A DNA stretch of 51,542 nt, taken from an uncultured Chitinophaga sp. Its GTDB lineage: Bacteria > Bacteroidota > Bacteroidia > Chitinophagales > LD1. The stretch covers positions 1-51,542 of the forward strand of contig CAZLXD010000002.1 of the NCBI GenBank assembly GCA_964563185.1. Reading direction: 5' to 3'. The first letter of the stretch is position 1, and each line of letters begins with the position of its first letter. Shown piece after piece: positions 1 to 10,900 of this stretch. The notes beneath the pieces are model-generated. The model worked only from the letters and a program-made list of their open reading frames with translations, searched no databases and had not been told where the DNA came from. The translations under genes and the position numbers were made by a program.

Positions 1-1039
1 GCAGATAATCTAAATCTCCTATTCCGCTTATTGAAAGAATAGGTAGCCCGGCCGACCAGTATTCGGCCATTTTTGTAGGACTTCGCCCAATGGTTGAGTA
101 TGATTTGTTGTAAAAAATGAATCCGACATCAGCTGCCATCAAATACTTGCTCACTTCGATGTAATTACAACTTGTCAAAAAAACTTTTTCCTGTGCAATC
201 CCAAATTTTTTTTGTTCCCTTTCAATAATGCTTTTACTGCATTTTGATAGAATAAGCAAATGCCAGTTTGCGTTGGAAATTTCAAGAAGTTTGAATGTTT
301 GAAACAGGATATCCGGATTGTAGTTGCCGCCCAAGGAACCACTGTATACTAATACATTAGCAGTTGTAGGAATACATAGTTTACTGCGAATTTCTTGCCT
401 GTACTCAGGTTTGTATGGCCCAAAATAGTTGAAGTTAACACAAGTAGGAATTACCTCCACTTGCCGGCTGCTTTTGAGACCACGTTTTTCAATTTCAGAT
501 TTACCCGCATAAGTAAGGCTTATACTTACGTCCGACTCCTTGAAAAATTCCTCTTCTAAATATTTAAAATAGCGGTAGACCAATTTATATATGCCTGAAT
601 TCCATAAACCACTTTCCAGTTTTTCATCAGCCCACCATCCACGCATATCAAAAATGAACTTTGTGCCGAAATGGCTTTTCATTTTCCTGCCCAATATAGC
701 AGCGATATAACCCCGGCAATGAACTATATCAAATTTCAACTGATTGTTGATCCTCTTCATTAGGCACCATCCCCTAAACAGGTCAAATACAGTTGAAAAA
801 ACCGGGGGAGATTTAGTGTAAGAAAGCGGATGCCAATTGATTTTTGCCGCTAACACGCGGGCTTCAACCAGTGATTTATGCTCTAAAAAAGCTGAAGGCT
901 TTTCATAGCTAAGCAAATGAATATTAAATCCTCGCTCGCTCAAATTCTCCAAATATGCTAAAACTTGCGACTGACCTAAGGGGTCGGTCATTCCGTCATA
1001 ACTTACATACAGTATGTTTCCCTTTTTTTTAGTCCCCAT
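1..1039 (-). CDS. Glycosyltransferase family 4 (partial; C-terminus runs off the left edge of the window)
   Basis: Manual translation of the minus strand from ATG at 1039-1037 gives MGTKKKGNILYVSYDGMTDPLGQSQVLAYLENLSERGFNIHLLSYEKP..., a typical GT4 N-terminus. The frame stays open to position 1. It is absent from the ORF track because there is no stop in the window. It overlaps the asnB-like stop by 11 nt. Confidence 0.8.
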   Translation of the reverse strand, partial: MGTKKKGNILYVSYDGMTDPLGQSQVLAYLENLSERGFNIHLLSYEKPSAFLEHKSLVEARVLAAKINWHPLSYTKSPPVFSTVFDLFRGWCLMKRINNQLKFDIVHCRGYIAAILGRKMKSHFGTKFIFDMRGWWADEKLESGLWNSGIYKLVYRYFKYLEEEFFKESDVSISLTYAGKSEIEKRGLKSSRQVEVIPTCVNFNYFGPYKPEYRQEIRSKLCIPTTANVLVYSGSLGGNYNPDILFQTFKLLEISNANWHLLILSKCSKSIIEREQKKFGIAQEKVFLTSCNYIEVSKYLMAADVGFIFYNKSYSTIGRSPTKMAEYWSAGLPILSISGIGDLDYL

Positions 1040-2882
1040 GCTCGCTAATCCATTTGTGAAGAACAATAAGTGCCCACAGCCTATTATACAGAAAATCTTC
1101 TCCTCGCTCGAACCTTTTAACCAAATTATTCACTATCTGGTATCTGACAACACCGCATTTTACTATAATTTCTTCATTAAGGTAGCTAACAATTAAATAG
1201 TGCAGTTCTTTCTTTAGCCAATACACTAATGGAATAGAAAACCCCCACTTAGGGCGTTCAAAAATGTGTTGGGGAACGTAATCGTAAAGCACTTGTTTAA
1301 GTAAGTATTTGGCAACTCCATCCTTCACTTTAAGATTTTGTGAAAGGTTAAGAGCAAACTCCACCACCCGGTAATCTAAAAACGGAGTGCGTGCTTCCAA
1401 CGAAAACTGCATGCTGGCAATATCTACCTTTGTCAGCAAGTCATCCTTTAGGTAATATTTTACATCAAACAAAGCCTGCTCTTCTTCAGCAGAAAGCTTC
1501 CGCTTCAACGAATTGAAATTTTCATTGAAAAGGATGGATGCTTTGTACGGAGCAAGCAACAGGCCATTTAACTCAGCTTCACTAAAAAAATATTGCTCCT
1601 GCGAGAAAATGTGGCTTTTAATACGCTGGTAGTTGGTGTAATTAAACACCTTGGCTGCACGCTTGTAACGATTTCCCATTGTTGAAAGTCCGACAGCTAT
1701 AGGTTCCCGCAATGCCTTCACCAAGGGATTATTTAATCGCTTTGCCCAGGTGTAGGCTCCATAACCCATAAACAACTCATCTCCTCCATCACCACTTAAA
1801 GTCATAGTTACATGTTGGCGCGCCAGTTTTGAAACTAACATGGTAGGTATAGCCGATGAATCCGCATAAGGCTCATCATAGGCGGTCAGCATTTTGTCCA
1901 TCAGCGCTAAGGCTTCCGTTTGTGTAACTGTAAACTCGTGGTGCTTGGTGTTTAAATGTTTTGCAACCTGACGCGCGTATTCTCCTTCGTTATACTTCGC
2001 CTCTTTAAACGAAATAGAAAATGTATTGATGGGCTGTGGAGAAATTTTCTGCGCAATGGCTGTTATGGTGCTTGAATCAATGCCCCCGCTCAAAAATGTT
2101 CCAAAGGGCACATCACTTATCATACGATAGCGAACTGATGAAACCAATAAATCGTTCAGCTGCTTTTTAGCAGAAGCAAAATCGCACACAATGTTCTCGG
2201 AAATTTTCTCTTCCGGGGTCCAATAGTTTGTAATTGAAAACGAACCGTCTTTTACAACTGCATAGCTGCCTGCAGGCAACTTCTTTACTTCATTATAAAT
2301 AGTATATGGTTCAGGCATATAACCTGAGTAAAGAAAGTTGCTGACTGATGCGGTATTAATCGTAACGCCAGAGCGAACAAAGTCAGATTGAAGCAAAGCC
2401 TTTATCTCTGAACCAAAACAAAAATTAGCTCCATTATTAAAATAGTATAGTGGTTTAACTCCCAATCTATCACGGAACAGATGAAGTGAATCTTTTGCTA
2501 TATCATAAATGGCGATGGCAAACATTCCATTGAAAAGATGTACACATTCCGGCCCCCTTTGCACAAATGCTTCTAAGATTATCTCCGTGTCTGAAGTGGT
2601 TTTAGGTTGAATGTTTAACTGCTTTGCAATTTCCTGAAAATTGTAAACCTCACCATTAAACACTATTACGTATCGCCCGTTGTGCGAAAACATAGGCTGA
2701 TTGGCGGCAGTGCTCAAATCAATAATGCTCAATCTGCGATGGCCAAGCCCAATACTTTGTTGCTCATTCAAATAATAACCAACTGCATCAGGCCCCCGGT
2801 GAGCCAAGGCACTGGTCATTTTCTCCAGAGTGGTTCTGTCGAATTTTTCAGAAGCAGAAAAATAACCGGTTATACCGCACAT
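1029..2882 (-). CDS. asnB: Asparagine synthase (glutamine-hydrolysing), polysaccharide-locus paralog (WbpS-like amidotransferase)
   Basis: N-terminal MCGI nucleophile Cys2 and an SGGIDSS PP-loop motif. 617 aa. Embedded among glycosyltransferase genes. Confidence 0.9.
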   Translation of the reverse strand: MCGITGYFSASEKFDRTTLEKMTSALAHRGPDAVGYYLNEQQSIGLGHRRLSIIDLSTAANQPMFSHNGRYVIVFNGEVYNFQEIAKQLNIQPKTTSDTEIILEAFVQRGPECVHLFNGMFAIAIYDIAKDSLHLFRDRLGVKPLYYFNNGANFCFGSEIKALLQSDFVRSGVTINTASVSNFLYSGYMPEPYTIYNEVKKLPAGSYAVVKDGSFSITNYWTPEEKISENIVCDFASAKKQLNDLLVSSVRYRMISDVPFGTFLSGGIDSSTITAIAQKISPQPINTFSISFKEAKYNEGEYARQVAKHLNTKHHEFTVTQTEALALMDKMLTAYDEPYADSSAIPTMLVSKLARQHVTMTLSGDGGDELFMGYGAYTWAKRLNNPLVKALREPIAVGLSTMGNRYKRAAKVFNYTNYQRIKSHIFSQEQYFFSEAELNGLLLAPYKASILFNENFNSLKRKLSAEEEQALFDVKYYLKDDLLTKVDIASMQFSLEARTPFLDYRVVEFALNLSQNLKVKDGVAKYLLKQVLYDYVPQHIFERPKWGFSIPLVYWLKKELHYLIVSYLNEEIIVKCGVVRYQIVNNLVKRFERGEDFLYNRLWALIVLHKWISEHGD

Positions 2883-2894
2883 AACAGGTGCCGC

Positions 2895-3860
2895 TTACCC
2901 GGCAAAAGGATGACTGGTTAATGGTAGTTTACAATAAGGATGATACTCGCCCTTTAAACCTTGCGGCAGATCATTTCTGATAGCATAGGCCATTTCTATA
3001 CTGGGCAGGGCTTCTTTAACACCAAATCCACTACCTGCCAAAATCTGTTCATAGCTCTTGGTATGTAGGTCGGTAAAGCCATCGCTGAATTCAATTTCTT
3101 CTCCTTCAAGTGTCATGCTGCGATAAGTGCGCATCCCTTTTTGTTTAGCGACCTCGGGCAGCGTATCGGAATTAATACTTAAAAACCAACGCACACGTGC
3201 CCGTTCAAACTCAAGATAACCCGCTGCCCGGTCAAAGGCATGTAAATGAACCACATTGCTTTTCACGGCTCCAAACAGGTAGTTGAGCATGTCAAAAAAG
3301 TGAATTCCTATGTTAGTGGCAATGCCACCGCTTTTGGACACATCTCCCTTCCAGCTGGTATAGTACCAGTTACCACGAGATGTAATGTAAGTTAAGTCAA
3401 AGTCGTAAATCTTGTCCCGGTTAGTCTCAATCTTTTGCTTCAACTTTATTATGCTTTCATGCAATCGCAATTGAAGTATGTTGTTTATTTTTTTTCCCGT
3501 TTCACTTTCCAACTCAATTAATGCTTCGGCATTCTTGGGGCTTAATACCAATGGTTTTTCACATATTACATTTGCTCCCACCCTTAATCCAAAACGAATG
3601 TGTGAATCATGTAAGTAGTTAGGGGAACAAATAGAAACATAATCTACACTTGTTCCTTTGCGCATCAGCTTGCTTACGTGTCGGTCAAAGCGCTCGAACT
3701 CTACAAAAAAAGAAGCATCGGGAAAATAGGAGTCCATTACACCAACACTGTCGAACGGATCATAAGCCGTTAGTAATTGGTTGCCGGTTTCTTTTATAGC
3801 TTTTAAATGTCGTGGAGCAATGTACCCTGCTGCTCCGATAAGGGCAAATTTTTTATTCAT
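2895..3860 (-). CDS. Gfo/Idh/MocA family oxidoreductase, WbpB/WlbA-like (UDP-GlcNAcA 3-dehydrogenase type)
   Basis: N-terminal Rossmann motif LIGAAGYIAPRHLKAI and a conserved EKP motif (CEKPLVLS). Size and sequence pattern are typical of WbpB-type sugar-nucleotide dehydrogenases. Confidence 0.75.
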   Translation of the reverse strand: MNKKFALIGAAGYIAPRHLKAIKETGNQLLTAYDPFDSVGVMDSYFPDASFFVEFERFDRHVSKLMRKGTSVDYVSICSPNYLHDSHIRFGLRVGANVICEKPLVLSPKNAEALIELESETGKKINNILQLRLHESIIKLKQKIETNRDKIYDFDLTYITSRGNWYYTSWKGDVSKSGGIATNIGIHFFDMLNYLFGAVKSNVVHLHAFDRAAGYLEFERARVRWFLSINSDTLPEVAKQKGMRTYRSMTLEGEEIEFSDGFTDLHTKSYEQILAGSGFGVKEALPSIEMAYAIRNDLPQGLKGEYHPYCKLPLTSHPFAG

Positions 3861-3864
3861 GTTT

Positions 3865-5055
3865 TTACTTTGTTACCCAATCACAAATTTGTTTTCCTAT
3901 GGAAAGTGAAGCCGTAGCAGCCGGTGAAGGCGCATTGAGCACGTGCAATATCCTTCCTTTTTTAACAAGAAGAAAATCATCCACTAGGGCTCCTTGCCGG
4001 CTACACATTTGTGCACGTACTCCTGCACCGCTTTTTATCAAATCATCTTCTCTGACTTCCGGTATAAATCTTTGTAGTTCTTTTGTAAAGGCGGCTTTTG
4101 AGTAAGATCGATACAGCTCTTTTAATCCCACCCGCCAATATCGCATAGCTACCTTTCTAAACCCCGGGTGAAATAGATACTTCCCTAATTCTCCAAGATT
4201 GATGTCCGATTTCGTGTACCCCTCCTTGCAATATGCCAAAACTGCATTCGGCCCGGCTTCTATTTCCCCTGTAATACGCCTGGTAAAGTGAACCCCCAAA
4301 AAGGGGAAATTTATATCCGGCACAGGATATATCAGATTTTTTACCAAGTACCGCTTCTCTTCTTTTATTTCATAGTATTCCCCTCTAAAGGGCACTATTG
4401 TGTCCTCTATACTTTCTGTCATAGCGGCAATATCATCTGAATACAATCCACCACAATTAATAAGTTTATCTGTTGCTAAAGTACTTCCATTTTCAATTGC
4501 AATTTTAATATGTGCTGTTTGCGGAGTAATACCCACTACTTTGTTTCCCAGAAGTATTTCTCCGCCCATTGAAGTAAATAGCTCTGCTAATTTTTGGCCT
4601 ACTTGTTTGTAGTTGACAATACCGGTTTGTGGAACATAAATACCCCTTACACCAACCAAGTGAGGTTCAATCTCCTTCATTTCGGCACTACTTACTTTCC
4701 TAAGGCCAGCCAATCCGTTCTGCAAACCCCGCTCAAAAAGCATGTCCAGCGTAGCTATTTCGTAATCGTCAGTTGCTACAATCAACTTTCCGCACAACTC
4801 ATGTTCAACTCCGTTTTCTCTGCAAAACTCTATAAGTCGATTATAGCCCTCTATACAGTTAATGGCTTTCTTACTTCCAGGTTTGTAATATATGCCTGAG
4901 TGTATTACACCGCTATTATTCCCTGTTTGATGTTTACAAATGACATCTTCTTTTTCAAGCACTGCTATTTTTGCCGCAGGTGTATCTCTAAGTAAATTGT
5001 ATGCTGCTGAAAGACCAACAATACCACCGCCTATTATCAAAAAATCGTATTTCAT
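3865..5055 (-). CDS. lhgO: L-2-hydroxyglutarate oxidase (FAD-dependent)
   Basis: FAD motif IIGGGIVG at the N-terminus. 396 aa. Overall LhgO/YgaF-like pattern (NSGVIHSGIYY, GVRAQ). Confidence 0.8.
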   Translation of the reverse strand: MKYDFLIIGGGIVGLSAAYNLLRDTPAAKIAVLEKEDVICKHQTGNNSGVIHSGIYYKPGSKKAINCIEGYNRLIEFCRENGVEHELCGKLIVATDDYEIATLDMLFERGLQNGLAGLRKVSSAEMKEIEPHLVGVRGIYVPQTGIVNYKQVGQKLAELFTSMGGEILLGNKVVGITPQTAHIKIAIENGSTLATDKLINCGGLYSDDIAAMTESIEDTIVPFRGEYYEIKEEKRYLVKNLIYPVPDINFPFLGVHFTRRITGEIEAGPNAVLAYCKEGYTKSDINLGELGKYLFHPGFRKVAMRYWRVGLKELYRSYSKAAFTKELQRFIPEVREDDLIKSGAGVRAQMCSRQGALVDDFLLVKKGRILHVLNAPSPAATASLSIGKQICDWVTK

Positions 5056-5373
5056 TGCTTCTGCATTACATGTGATTAAGGATAATGGCCAACGGTTCGG
5101 TTTGTTTCGGACGAAGATAAAAATAGACCTAACTTGCGCTTACGGAAATTGTTTGTTTATCCGCGATTTTCTGTTTACATCGGACAGCCTAGTCATAAAA
5201 CGCCCTAAGCAAACTTTGAAGTTGAAGCGAATGGTCGAAATGTTTTAGGAAAATGACCTACCGTATCGAAAGCGCTATGTGTAGCTAGCAGATGGTTCTG
5301 TGTATGCTTAACTACCCTTACCTCCCATGGAGGTACGTAGTTGTATGTTCCGGTTAATGCAAATTTTCCCACT

Positions 5374-6663
5374 CTAAAGTTTTGAAGTTATAAGCTCTGC
5401 AAATCGTTTAGCCTGGGCTTTTCTCGAAAACATCTTGTAATTCATCTTTGGAGAAAAATCAGGAGCCTCCCTTAGTTTGAACTTTTTAAACTCTCTGAAT
5501 AGTGCCAAAGCTACATCCTCAGCACTATTTGTTACATACCCTGAATTGTTTTCTGTAATTAATTTTTGAAGAATTCCATTGTCGTTTTGTACCAACAGAA
5601 TAGGCCTTTCTGTAGCAAGATAATCGAAGATTTTAGCATTAAGCCAATCAACTCCCGGTGAAGACAACAATAGTAACATTCGCGACTCCCTAAGTAACCA
5701 AACAATATCCGAATAGGCAATCCGTGGATAATAAGATATATATGGTTTTAAATGGCTATAAGTTTCTACTCGCTTTATCGCTGATTGCTGTCCCTCAATG
5801 CCGTAAAATCGGACCTTGAAGTCTAAGGTTGAAACCTCCGAATCATCAATAAACCGCGATACCCCATCCAAAAACATTTCAAGATTTTGATGCGCATAAA
5901 TGGTTCCTGCGTAAGTAACATAAAAAATATCTTTATGGGGAGCAACCTTCGGCACACTTTGAAATATCGAATCATCAAAGCCATTGTATATCACTTCAAT
6001 TGGCTTCTCTGAAATGATTTTATTCAGGTTTTTTGCATAATCCGGAGAAGCCGTTGTTACACATAAAACATTTGATAAATATTTCGTCTCACAAAGTCTA
6101 AAAAAAGCCAACTGTAGCTTTTGAATAAGGCTAAGCTGATACTTCCCTTGATTATGTGTCCATCCATCGCGATAGTCGGCAATCCAAGGTATTTTTATTT
6201 TTTTTGAAAGCAGATGACCATACTTAAACAACACAAAAGGCTCTCCAGTTGCCACTATCAAGTCGTATTGATTTAAGGACAACTCTTTCAAAGCTTCCTC
6301 ATAAATTTTACTTTTTGCGTCAAAGCAAAAGGAAAGATGTTCAAGAAAGGATAAAACAAGTGAAAGCACTTTCCTAATAAAAGTAAATCTGGCTGCACCG
6401 TATTTAAGCAACATCGAGTCTCTCATGTTAGGCTCATAGGGAACACGTATAACTTTGCTTTTATCTTCTACAGTTGTAAGCGTCCGATTTTGAGTGGGCT
6501 TAGCATAATCAGAAGGTGAGTTTACACTACCCTCCCAATGACGGGTAACTACAGTCACTTCAAAATCGAATTCAGGAAGATACTTATACCAACTATATGG
6601 CCTTTGAGCGCCAATAGATATAAGGGGAGGAAAATCATACGCAAGAACCAATACTTTCTTCAA
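5374..6663 (-). CDS. Glycosyltransferase (GT-B fold)
   Basis: N-terminus MKKVLVLAYDFPP..., with a C-terminal GT-B nucleotide-sugar-binding-like region. Lies within the polysaccharide locus. Confidence 0.65.
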   Translation of the reverse strand: MKKVLVLAYDFPPLISIGAQRPYSWYKYLPEFDFEVTVVTRHWEGSVNSPSDYAKPTQNRTLTTVEDKSKVIRVPYEPNMRDSMLLKYGAARFTFIRKVLSLVLSFLEHLSFCFDAKSKIYEEALKELSLNQYDLIVATGEPFVLFKYGHLLSKKIKIPWIADYRDGWTHNQGKYQLSLIQKLQLAFFRLCETKYLSNVLCVTTASPDYAKNLNKIISEKPIEVIYNGFDDSIFQSVPKVAPHKDIFYVTYAGTIYAHQNLEMFLDGVSRFIDDSEVSTLDFKVRFYGIEGQQSAIKRVETYSHLKPYISYYPRIAYSDIVWLLRESRMLLLLSSPGVDWLNAKIFDYLATERPILLVQNDNGILQKLITENNSGYVTNSAEDVALALFREFKKFKLREAPDFSPKMNYKMFSRKAQAKRFAELITSKL

Positions 6664-6690
6664 AAACTATGCAATTTAGCGGTGAATTTA

Positions 6691-7953
6691 ATGGAGAAGT
6701 TGACTTCCGGCAGAACCCTTATTTTTTTTACTTCTTCCTTTCCTTACGGAACCGGTGAAACTTTTATTGAGAGCGAGCTGCCTTTTTTAGCAGAGGCATT
6801 TGACCGGATAATAATTGTTACGAATGCCAAAACAGAAGGGAACAAGCGCAGCACTCCGTCAAACAGCGAAGTGCTTTATCTGCCCTATGAAGCAAAGTTA
6901 ACCAGTAAAATTGCAGCCATTGTTCATTTGCCAGGCGTGAATCTTAAAGACGAGGCGCGATTTATACAAAAGAGGGAAGACTTGGTCGGAAAAGCCTCTG
7001 CACTAAAAGCGGCACTTACTTCTTATGCAAAGGCATTGGAGGTTTCTGCTTTTTTAAAGCAACTCGTACAAAGTACTGATTTACCTCTTCACAACCTTTA
7101 CCTCTATTCTTACTGGATGAATGACATGGCGTCCGGAATTGCGTTGTTCAAAAAGGAACATCCGCAAGTTAAAGCCTTTTGCCGGGCGCACGGGTGGGAT
7201 GTTTACTTTGAACGCCACCAACCACCCTATCTGCCTCTTCGCAATTTTATTCTTGATAACTTGAGTGCATGCTTCTGTATATCCGCCAACGGACAGAAAT
7301 ACGTTCAACAACTTGCAGCTAGTGAAACTGCTCGTAGCAAAGTGAGGTTAGCGCGATTAGGAACAGTAACCGAAAAAGCGTTGCAGGTTGACGAGGCTTT
7401 GATATTCAGAATCGTCAGTTGTTCGGGAGTAATACCCCTTAAAAGGTTGCACTTGATTGTTGATGCATTAGCGCTAATAGATAGTTTTGAGATTGAATGG
7501 ATTCACTTTGGTAGCGGGCCATTGCTGGACTCAATACAACATTTAGCAAGCGAAAAACTTAAGCAAAAAGGTAATGTCAAGGTTACGTTCAAGGGGCAGA
7601 CAGCAAATGTTGACATAATTCACTTTTATAGTAAAAATTCTGTTAGTGCGTTTATTAATGTAAGTGAAACTGAAGGGCTTCCGGTTTCCATTATGGAGGC
7701 TGTGTCATTTGGCATTCCTGCTATTGCTACTAACGTGGGTGGAGTTTCGGAAATAGTTGAGCACGATAAAAATGGTTTACTGCTTTCGGCAAATCCATCA
7801 GTAGAAGAAATCGCCTCGGCAATTAATAAACTACAAACTATGAACGAGGCGCAAAGAAAATTGGTTTGCCAAAACGCCTATAACACGTGGAACGAAAAGT
7901 TCAATGCTGAAAAAAACTACAACAGTTTCGTGCAGGAAATCTTATCCCTGTAA
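6691..7953 (+). CDS. Glycosyltransferase family 4
   Basis: The track ORF 6538-7953 overlaps the divergent gene. The in-frame ATG at 6691 (MEKLTSGRTLIFFTSSFPYGTGE...) removes the overlap. The C-terminal region (EGLPVSIMEAVSFGIPAIATNVGG) is GT4-typical. Confidence 0.8.
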   Translation: MEKLTSGRTLIFFTSSFPYGTGETFIESELPFLAEAFDRIIIVTNAKTEGNKRSTPSNSEVLYLPYEAKLTSKIAAIVHLPGVNLKDEARFIQKREDLVGKASALKAALTSYAKALEVSAFLKQLVQSTDLPLHNLYLYSYWMNDMASGIALFKKEHPQVKAFCRAHGWDVYFERHQPPYLPLRNFILDNLSACFCISANGQKYVQQLAASETARSKVRLARLGTVTEKALQVDEALIFRIVSCSGVIPLKRLHLIVDALALIDSFEIEWIHFGSGPLLDSIQHLASEKLKQKGNVKVTFKGQTANVDIIHFYSKNSVSAFINVSETEGLPVSIMEAVSFGIPAIATNVGGVSEIVEHDKNGLLLSANPSVEEIASAINKLQTMNEAQRKLVCQNAYNTWNEKFNAEKNYNSFVQEILSL

Positions 7954-10900
7954 CCCAAGTTTTCTACGAAACCATGCGCGGGTTTTATAGCCTAACATAT
8001 ACATGGTTGGCACCACGAGTAGCGTAAGGAACGTAGCTACAATTAAGCCGTAAATCATTGTCCACGAAAGCGGTCCCCAGAACATTACATTATCACCACC
8101 CAGATAAAACTCGGGCTTAAACTCGCTGAAAAGTTTGGCGAAATCTATGTTTAAACCAATTGCAAGAGGAATTAACCCAAGTATAGCCGCACTTGCTGTA
8201 AGAATTACCGGAGTCATACGGGTTGCACCTCCATCCACTACAGCATCTTCCACCCCTTCGCCACGTTCGCGTAATTCATCTATAAACTCTATCAGTAATA
8301 TTCCGTTTCTGATTACAATACCTGCAAGAGCAAATACCCCCACCCCGGTCATTACAATACTCATGGTCATACGTGTAAACGCAAAGCCGAGAGCCACACC
8401 TATTAATGAGAACATTACTGTAGTGAAAATGATAAGTGGTTTTATTACAGAGTTGAACTGAAGTACCATAATAAAGAACATAAGGGCCAATGCGCCCAAG
8501 AAAGCCACACCCAAGAATGCTCCTGTTTCCTGCTGCTGTTCCTGCTCGCCTGTCATTTTAATTTCATAGCCTTCCGGCACCTCTGCATTAGCAATTAAAT
8601 CTTTCACCTGTGGAACTACTTCACTGGCATTAAATCCGGCACTTATATCGCTGGAAAGCGTAACCACGCGGTTTTGGTTTTTTCGATTGATAACGCTAAT
8701 CGTATTCCCATAACGAATGTTGGCAATAGCAGAAATAGGTACCTGGCGGAAAGAACCCGTACTGAAATCCATGTAGGAAATGTACACGTTCATCAGTTTT
8801 TCAACGCTTGCACGGTCTTCTGCCTTTAAACGAAGCATAATAGGAGCATCATCTTCCACATCACGGAATTTCGAAACCTCCTTGCCAAACAATGCAGTCC
8901 GCAACTCAACAGCCACCTGGCCTAATGAAATGCCTTCTCGCTGCATCTTTTCCTTATCTAAATCAACAATTATCTCCGGCTTGCTTATTTGCAGGTCGCT
9001 CTTTAATTCATCAATACCCTGAATGCCGCTATCGTCAATTTTGCGCTTTAACTCCGCTGAAATTTCAGCGAGCTTGGTGTAATCATCTCCACTTATTTCA
9101 ATGGTAATCGGCTTGCCTGTGGGCGGCCCATTACGTTCCGGCTCTACGGATATTTCTGCACCCGCAATTCCCAGTTTCTTAAACTCTTTTTGCACGCTAT
9201 CCAACCAAATAATGGTGTGTGGGTATTTACGGTCGGCATACTTTTTAAACGCCACTGCAACCTTGCTTTTGTTTGGGGTAGCCACCTTATCGGGGTTTTG
9301 AGGGTCACCGGCACCTAAACCCACGTTGGCAATTACCGAAGTAACGTCCGGATTGTTTTCACCAATAACTTTATAAACTCTTTTTTCAATTATTCGCGTA
9401 ATGGAGTCGGTAACATTTGCATCGGTTCCCATGGGCAGTTTGCAATACACATACACAAAGTTGGGGTCGCCACTTGGGAATGTTACATAAGGGGTTTTAC
9501 TAAGTAAAAAGATAGTCCAGCTTACTACTAATAAGGCAACGGCACCCAATACCACTGCTATAGGGCGCTTGCCATGAATAAATGCTCGTAAAATCTTTCG
9601 ATAAGCATTGCTGATATTGGGCCAGAATTTGGTTTGCCACCAAATAATAGCTCCATGGAAAAAGAAATGATACAGTAAAAGCAGAATAATACAGAAGACC
9701 GAGAAATTTCCAACGCCCATGCTGCCAAACAAGTAGCCTAACGCTGCTATAATTCCAAACACCACGAAACCCCATTTGTAATCTTTCAGTTTAGATTCGC
9801 CATGCTCTTCTCTCTTCATAAAAGAAACCGCAAACACAGGATTCATTACAAAGGCCACAAACAGCGATGCACCTAAGGTAATAATGAGTGTAATGGGCAG
9901 GTTCTTCATAAACTTACCGATAATGCCCGGCCAGAAAAGCAGCGGGAAGAATGGAGCCAGTGTAGTTAAGGTTCCAGCCAATACAGGAATAAATACCTCT
10001 CCTGCTGCGTACTTAGCGCTTTGCTTAATATCAAAATCGTACTTATGAAATATACGATGCGTATTTTCAATTACTACAATGGCATCATCAACCACAATAC
10101 CCAAAGCCAGCAGCAACGAAAAGAGAACCATTACGTTCATGGTCATACCTAAAGCGGGCATAAACAAGAAAGCTACTAGCGTGGTTAAAGGCACCGATAA
10201 ACCAACAAAGAAGGCGTTGGTAAAGCCCATAAAGAACATCAGTACAAATACCACAAATACGAATCCGAGAATAACGGTATTGAGGAGGTCGTGTAACTGA
10301 ATACGGGTATTCTCTGACGTATCTCCGGTTACTTTAACCTGCAATCCTTTAGGGAATTTTGTATCCTGGTACTCCTCAATAATCTTGTAAATCTGGTCGG
10401 TAGCGTTAATCAGGTTTTCACCGCTACGTTTAACCACATTCAGCGTAACAACACTCTTCTTGTCTAACTGGGCAAAGTCCTGCTTTTCTTTAAAAGCATC
10501 TTCTATCGTAGCTATGTCTTTCAAAAAAACAGTTGTTCCCACAAACGAGCGAACTATCAGATTTTCTAACTCCTTCGGGTCTTTAAACTCACCCGTTACA
10601 CGAAGGTTTCTGCGCAGGTCATCTACACGAACTTCACCACCACTTACGTTCAGGTTTTCACGCGTAACAGCATCCTCAATATCGCGAAAAGCAATACCGG
10701 CCGAAGTCATTTTATACAAATCCACATTGATTTGTATCTCTCTATCAAGCCCTCCTACAATATCTACGCGGGTAATTTCCTTCATGCTCTCAATACGGTC
10801 TTTCAGGTCTTCTCCGTATTTCTTAATCTGGTCGAGTGGTAAGTCTCCGGCCAGGTTAATGTTCATAATAGGTAATTCGTTTATGTCAAATTCCTGAATC

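Noticed and set aside
6538-6690. N-terminal extensions of several track ORFs: 6538, 16074, 17710, 18074, 27422, 27577, 32396, 45795, 48343 and 48402.
   Set aside because: In each case an internal ATG gives a canonical N-terminus (signal peptide, Rossmann motif or family start) and removes the overlap with the neighbouring gene. The extensions are antisense or intergenic read-through.
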